From the NCBI RefSeq assembly GCF_009834535.1, contig NC_045696.1:68636001-68700000 (forward strand): a DNA stretch of 64,000 nucleotides, in the 5' to 3' direction. The translations under genes and the position numbers were made by a program. The notes under the pieces were generated by a model. That model saw only the letters and a program-made list of their open reading frames with translations. It searched no databases and was not told where the DNA came from. The DNA comes from Camelus ferus. Its lineage: Eukaryota. Of the stretch, positions 60,651 to 64,000 are shown in pieces; positions within the stretch are counted from its first letter, which is position 1, and every line of letters begins with the position of its first letter.

Positions 60651-63446
60651 ACAGGCTCTATTTTGATTTGTCAATGTTATAGCTCTCCCTTTAGGCTTCT
60701 GATTCTCTCAAATTTCCAGTATTTATTTCTTCTCCTCCTTTTCCTCCTCTTTCTCCTCCTTCTTCTTCTTTTGTTATGTGTGTATTTTTATTTCTTACAA
60801 AGACAGGCCTAGACCTACCAGCACTATCAGCGAGTGTAGATTCTTTCAACACTGTTAAATCAGGCTGTTGAGGACTTGAAGGCATTGACTGGAACCTTTC
60901 CAGATAGATCAACAGCAAAGGGTAGATAGGTTAGGAGTCCTGAATTCAAGAAGGAGAAAGGCCATCAGGTTCATGAACTTGATCAGGTTCATGAGAAGAA
61001 AAAGGGGGCACTGAAAAAGAGAGTGACCCTCAGCAGGACTAGCCCACCCAGGAAAGCTGGTGCCTACAGGGCCTACTCCCCCTGGGGCTGTGAAGAGCAT
61101 ACTAATTGGAAAGCTGGCTGTTCCTGGGCTTTGCTCCATGCCCTCTGAGGTGAAAGCCATCGCTCACTGCAAGCGAAACCCGGGAGGTTGCCTGAATCAC
61201 CTCCTTGGAAACGGAGGCTGCAGTCAGGCAGGTGAGACCTCCACCAGGCTTCTTTGCTTCCCCAAACTTTGGCCACAGGGTGACACCATCTCAAAGGAGT
61301 ACTGAGACAGGGAGGAAGTTCAAAACACAGTTAGAGTGTTTCTTTTTCCCTCTACACTTTCAGAAAATATACTCCATTGTTTAAAAGTTGAAGGTAAAAA
61401 TAACTGTTATGTTATTAAAAGGGAACTCATGGCACAGTGGAATCACCTCATGTGTGGAGTCAGAGGCCCTGCACAAGACCCAGGGCCAGGCTCTCTTCCT
61501 CATCAGTGAAGGAAGGGCAAGGGAACGAACGCACTCAAGCCTCTTCTCAACAACTTCGTGGAAATCAAACATTATGAATGTAAAGATACTTTCTTGGAAG
61601 TTGGTTACCACGAAAATGCAAGCTGATGTTACTATTAACATCAGTAAGAATTTGAGTTATAATAAACAAGAAATGGGCTGTCTCATACAGCAGTAAAACT
61701 CCCTGTCACTGGAGGCATTCACAGGAAGTTGCACAGCTCTCACATAGAGACATTTGGGGAGATGGATGCATTGGACATTAGAATCGTTAATCTACAAGAC
61801 CCTTTTCAATTTTCTAAAAGTCCGTGATTCATCCAGCACTTGGAAATATCATAGGCCTGGGAACCACAATTTCCCTGAAGTTAAACTTAACTTTATAAAT
61901 ATGAAATCAAGTAAAATCAAATACGCATTCCAAATTGGGATAAAGTATGGCCTCGATATGTGGCTAATGCACACAGACTTCTCTCTCACTTATAATAACA
62001 GAAAAAAATTACAATGGGAATTCTCTGGTAAAATGACTAGCTGCAGTCCATTGTCATCATCCTGGCAGGCTGAGGGAGAGATGGATCCCAGGCTTAATTA
62101 ACAAAACTTGACAAATTCTCTCTTGAGCCCTAGGCTCCAAGCCCACCTGCTCCTGCTGCCTCCTAGGCATAGAACTTCAAGTCTCCAGTCTGTGCCTCTA
62201 TGTGGTATAAATGGATGAGTTCGTAGGATGCAAGCCATCAAGAAAAACCATCCACTTATACTCAAATGAAACCTGACCAAGTCGCATCTCTGTCAGTTAT
62301 CCTATCTAGTGTATTCTGGAAGCTAATGAGCCTTGTTCAGCTTCCACTGGAAAGTGACAGCAGAGCCCCATCCCCATGAAACCGAGTATCACAATGAAAA
62401 GTGAAAGGGAAAATCAAACCTGGCTGTTGAGGCTCTTCTTGATTTACTGAATTCGGTAATTCAACCAACACTCACCAAGATTCCTTTATGCGCTGAGACA
62501 CTTGTCTCAGCATCATGGAGGGAATCCAGAAAAGAACTGGTGACATGTTCTGTCCCTAAAATATTTGTAATATTAGATGCCAACAAACTATGACAAAGTA
62601 GGAAATAACCCTGATAAGCAGAAGTAGAGAAAAGTTAAAGGGTGAGTGGGACATAGAAGGTTATTTCTTACCAAGAGGCTCAGGGAATTCTTCCTGGACA
62701 ATCAGTATTTGAACCCAATCATGAGGAACAGGAAGAATACAAATGGACAAGGATGAAGTGAGCCAAGGCCCAGAGGCAGGAAGTATGAGGAATGTTCATG
62801 GGCAAGGAACTAATAATGGGATTTATCAAGTGTGTACTGTATGCCAGGTGCTACACAAAACTCTTTAAAACACATTATTTCATTAGATGGAGAAGACTGA
62901 GCCACAGAGAGGTTGAGTAGCTTCTTTAAAGTCACACAGCTTAAAAATGATAGAATTGATACAATGTCTGATGGTGGTTATTGAGGATATGTAAAAGCCA
63001 CTGATGCTAGATCAAGAGAATGCTGGATGCCAAGCTTAGGAGACCAATGTGTCCAGCTCTTGATATATTCTTCTCAGATGTTGTTATTGAATACATTCAA
63101 CACATCTGTTATTGACTTAATTTTCCACTCATTGTAATGATTTGGGAAATCTCAAAAAACCTAGACTTCTTTGACAGAGTGAAAATGGTCAACTCCTATT
63201 ACCTCCTTCGCCATATGGTTCTTAGCCCTGAGTTCAGCAGAACTCTGAGATACTCTAAGGACAGGCTTACAGTGAGTTGGAACCACTTGTCTCTGGCTGA
63301 GGAGGAGTTAGGAGCGTTGGGAAAGTCTCTTCATGAGATAGGCAACTGAGTAGTATAGAATGGAGTCCCATCACTCCCTTCAGACTGAATTAAAAAGTCC
63401 TATTATGTGGAGAATAGACAGAATAGACTGAAACAAGAGTCCACAA

Positions 63447-63641
63447 CCTGGGATCAGCAAACCAAACTCAGCTTGCCACCTGTTCTTGTAAATAAGGTCT
63501 TACTGAAACAAAGCTGCTCGTTCATTCAAGTATTGCTACTGTCATGCAACAGTAGCAGTGCCGAGTAGCTGCAACAGAGACTGTGTGCTGTGCAGGCCCC
63601 AAAATATCTTACCTTTTACATAAAAAGTTTGCTGACCTCTA
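63447..63641. mobile_element. MER58A-like (hAT-Charlie)
   Basis: ccacctgttcttgtaaataaggtcttactgaaaca...gagtagctgcaacagagac...aaaaagtttgctgacctct. Confidence 0.7.
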
Positions 63642-64000
63642 AAATAGAAATTCTATCACATTCATGTTGGAAGGAAGAATAGAGATCATTTAATCCATTC
63701 TCTTCTCCCCTGCCCACTGTTCCCCACACTCCTCCCCAAACACACAGATAAAGATGCTAAGCCCCACAGAGATAAAGAGATTTACCTAAAATCACAGAAG
63801 TGGTAAGGGACCATAGTTGGGTCACTAACCATTAGACTCATGTTTCTTCTACCACACCAATCCTGAAAGACTAAAGTAACTTGTTTTCTAGACAGCCACT
63901 CAATAACTAGGTGCCCAGCACCATGCTTTCTTGGAGTTCTCTGGGGGATGAGAGTGGGAGAAGGTCTGGGGCCTTTCCATCCTGTGGTCCTCACTAGCAG

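Noticed and set aside
366..63994. The many 60-145 aa ORFs elsewhere in the track
   Set aside because: No recognisable domains, many non-ATG starts, mostly within repeats; no second RTP paralog, MASP1 or SST exon was recognised in the window.

Overview
Mammalian genomic DNA, most likely camelid, judging from two tRNA-Ala-derived Vic-1-type SINEs. It is a repeat-rich, gene-poor interval with one recognisable gene: the interferon-stimulated gene RTP4 on the minus strand. RTP4 has two coding exons (43075-42894 and 39296-37649) and encodes a predicted 609 aa protein (600 aa from the second ATG), versus about 246 aa in human. The extra length is a low-complexity insertion containing six 93-nt (31-aa) tandem repeats, apparently built from an older 24-nt (8-aa) unit, lying between the 3CxxC zinc finger and the C-terminal hydrophobic anchor. 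Three ISRE/IRF sites lie within 100 nt upstream of the start codon. The rest of the window is L1, L2/MIR, MaLR/ERV LTRs, hAT and Tigger DNA transposons and microsatellites. Other notable structure: a 44-bp inverted-repeat hairpin about 1 kb past the RTP4 stop, a twin-primed (5'-inverted) L1, a competing +4 splice donor that would create a premature stop, and a distal IRF/ISRE cluster near 62.4 kb. I see no evidence for a wholly new multi-gene system. Repeat family names are by-eye recognitions and their boundaries are approximate.
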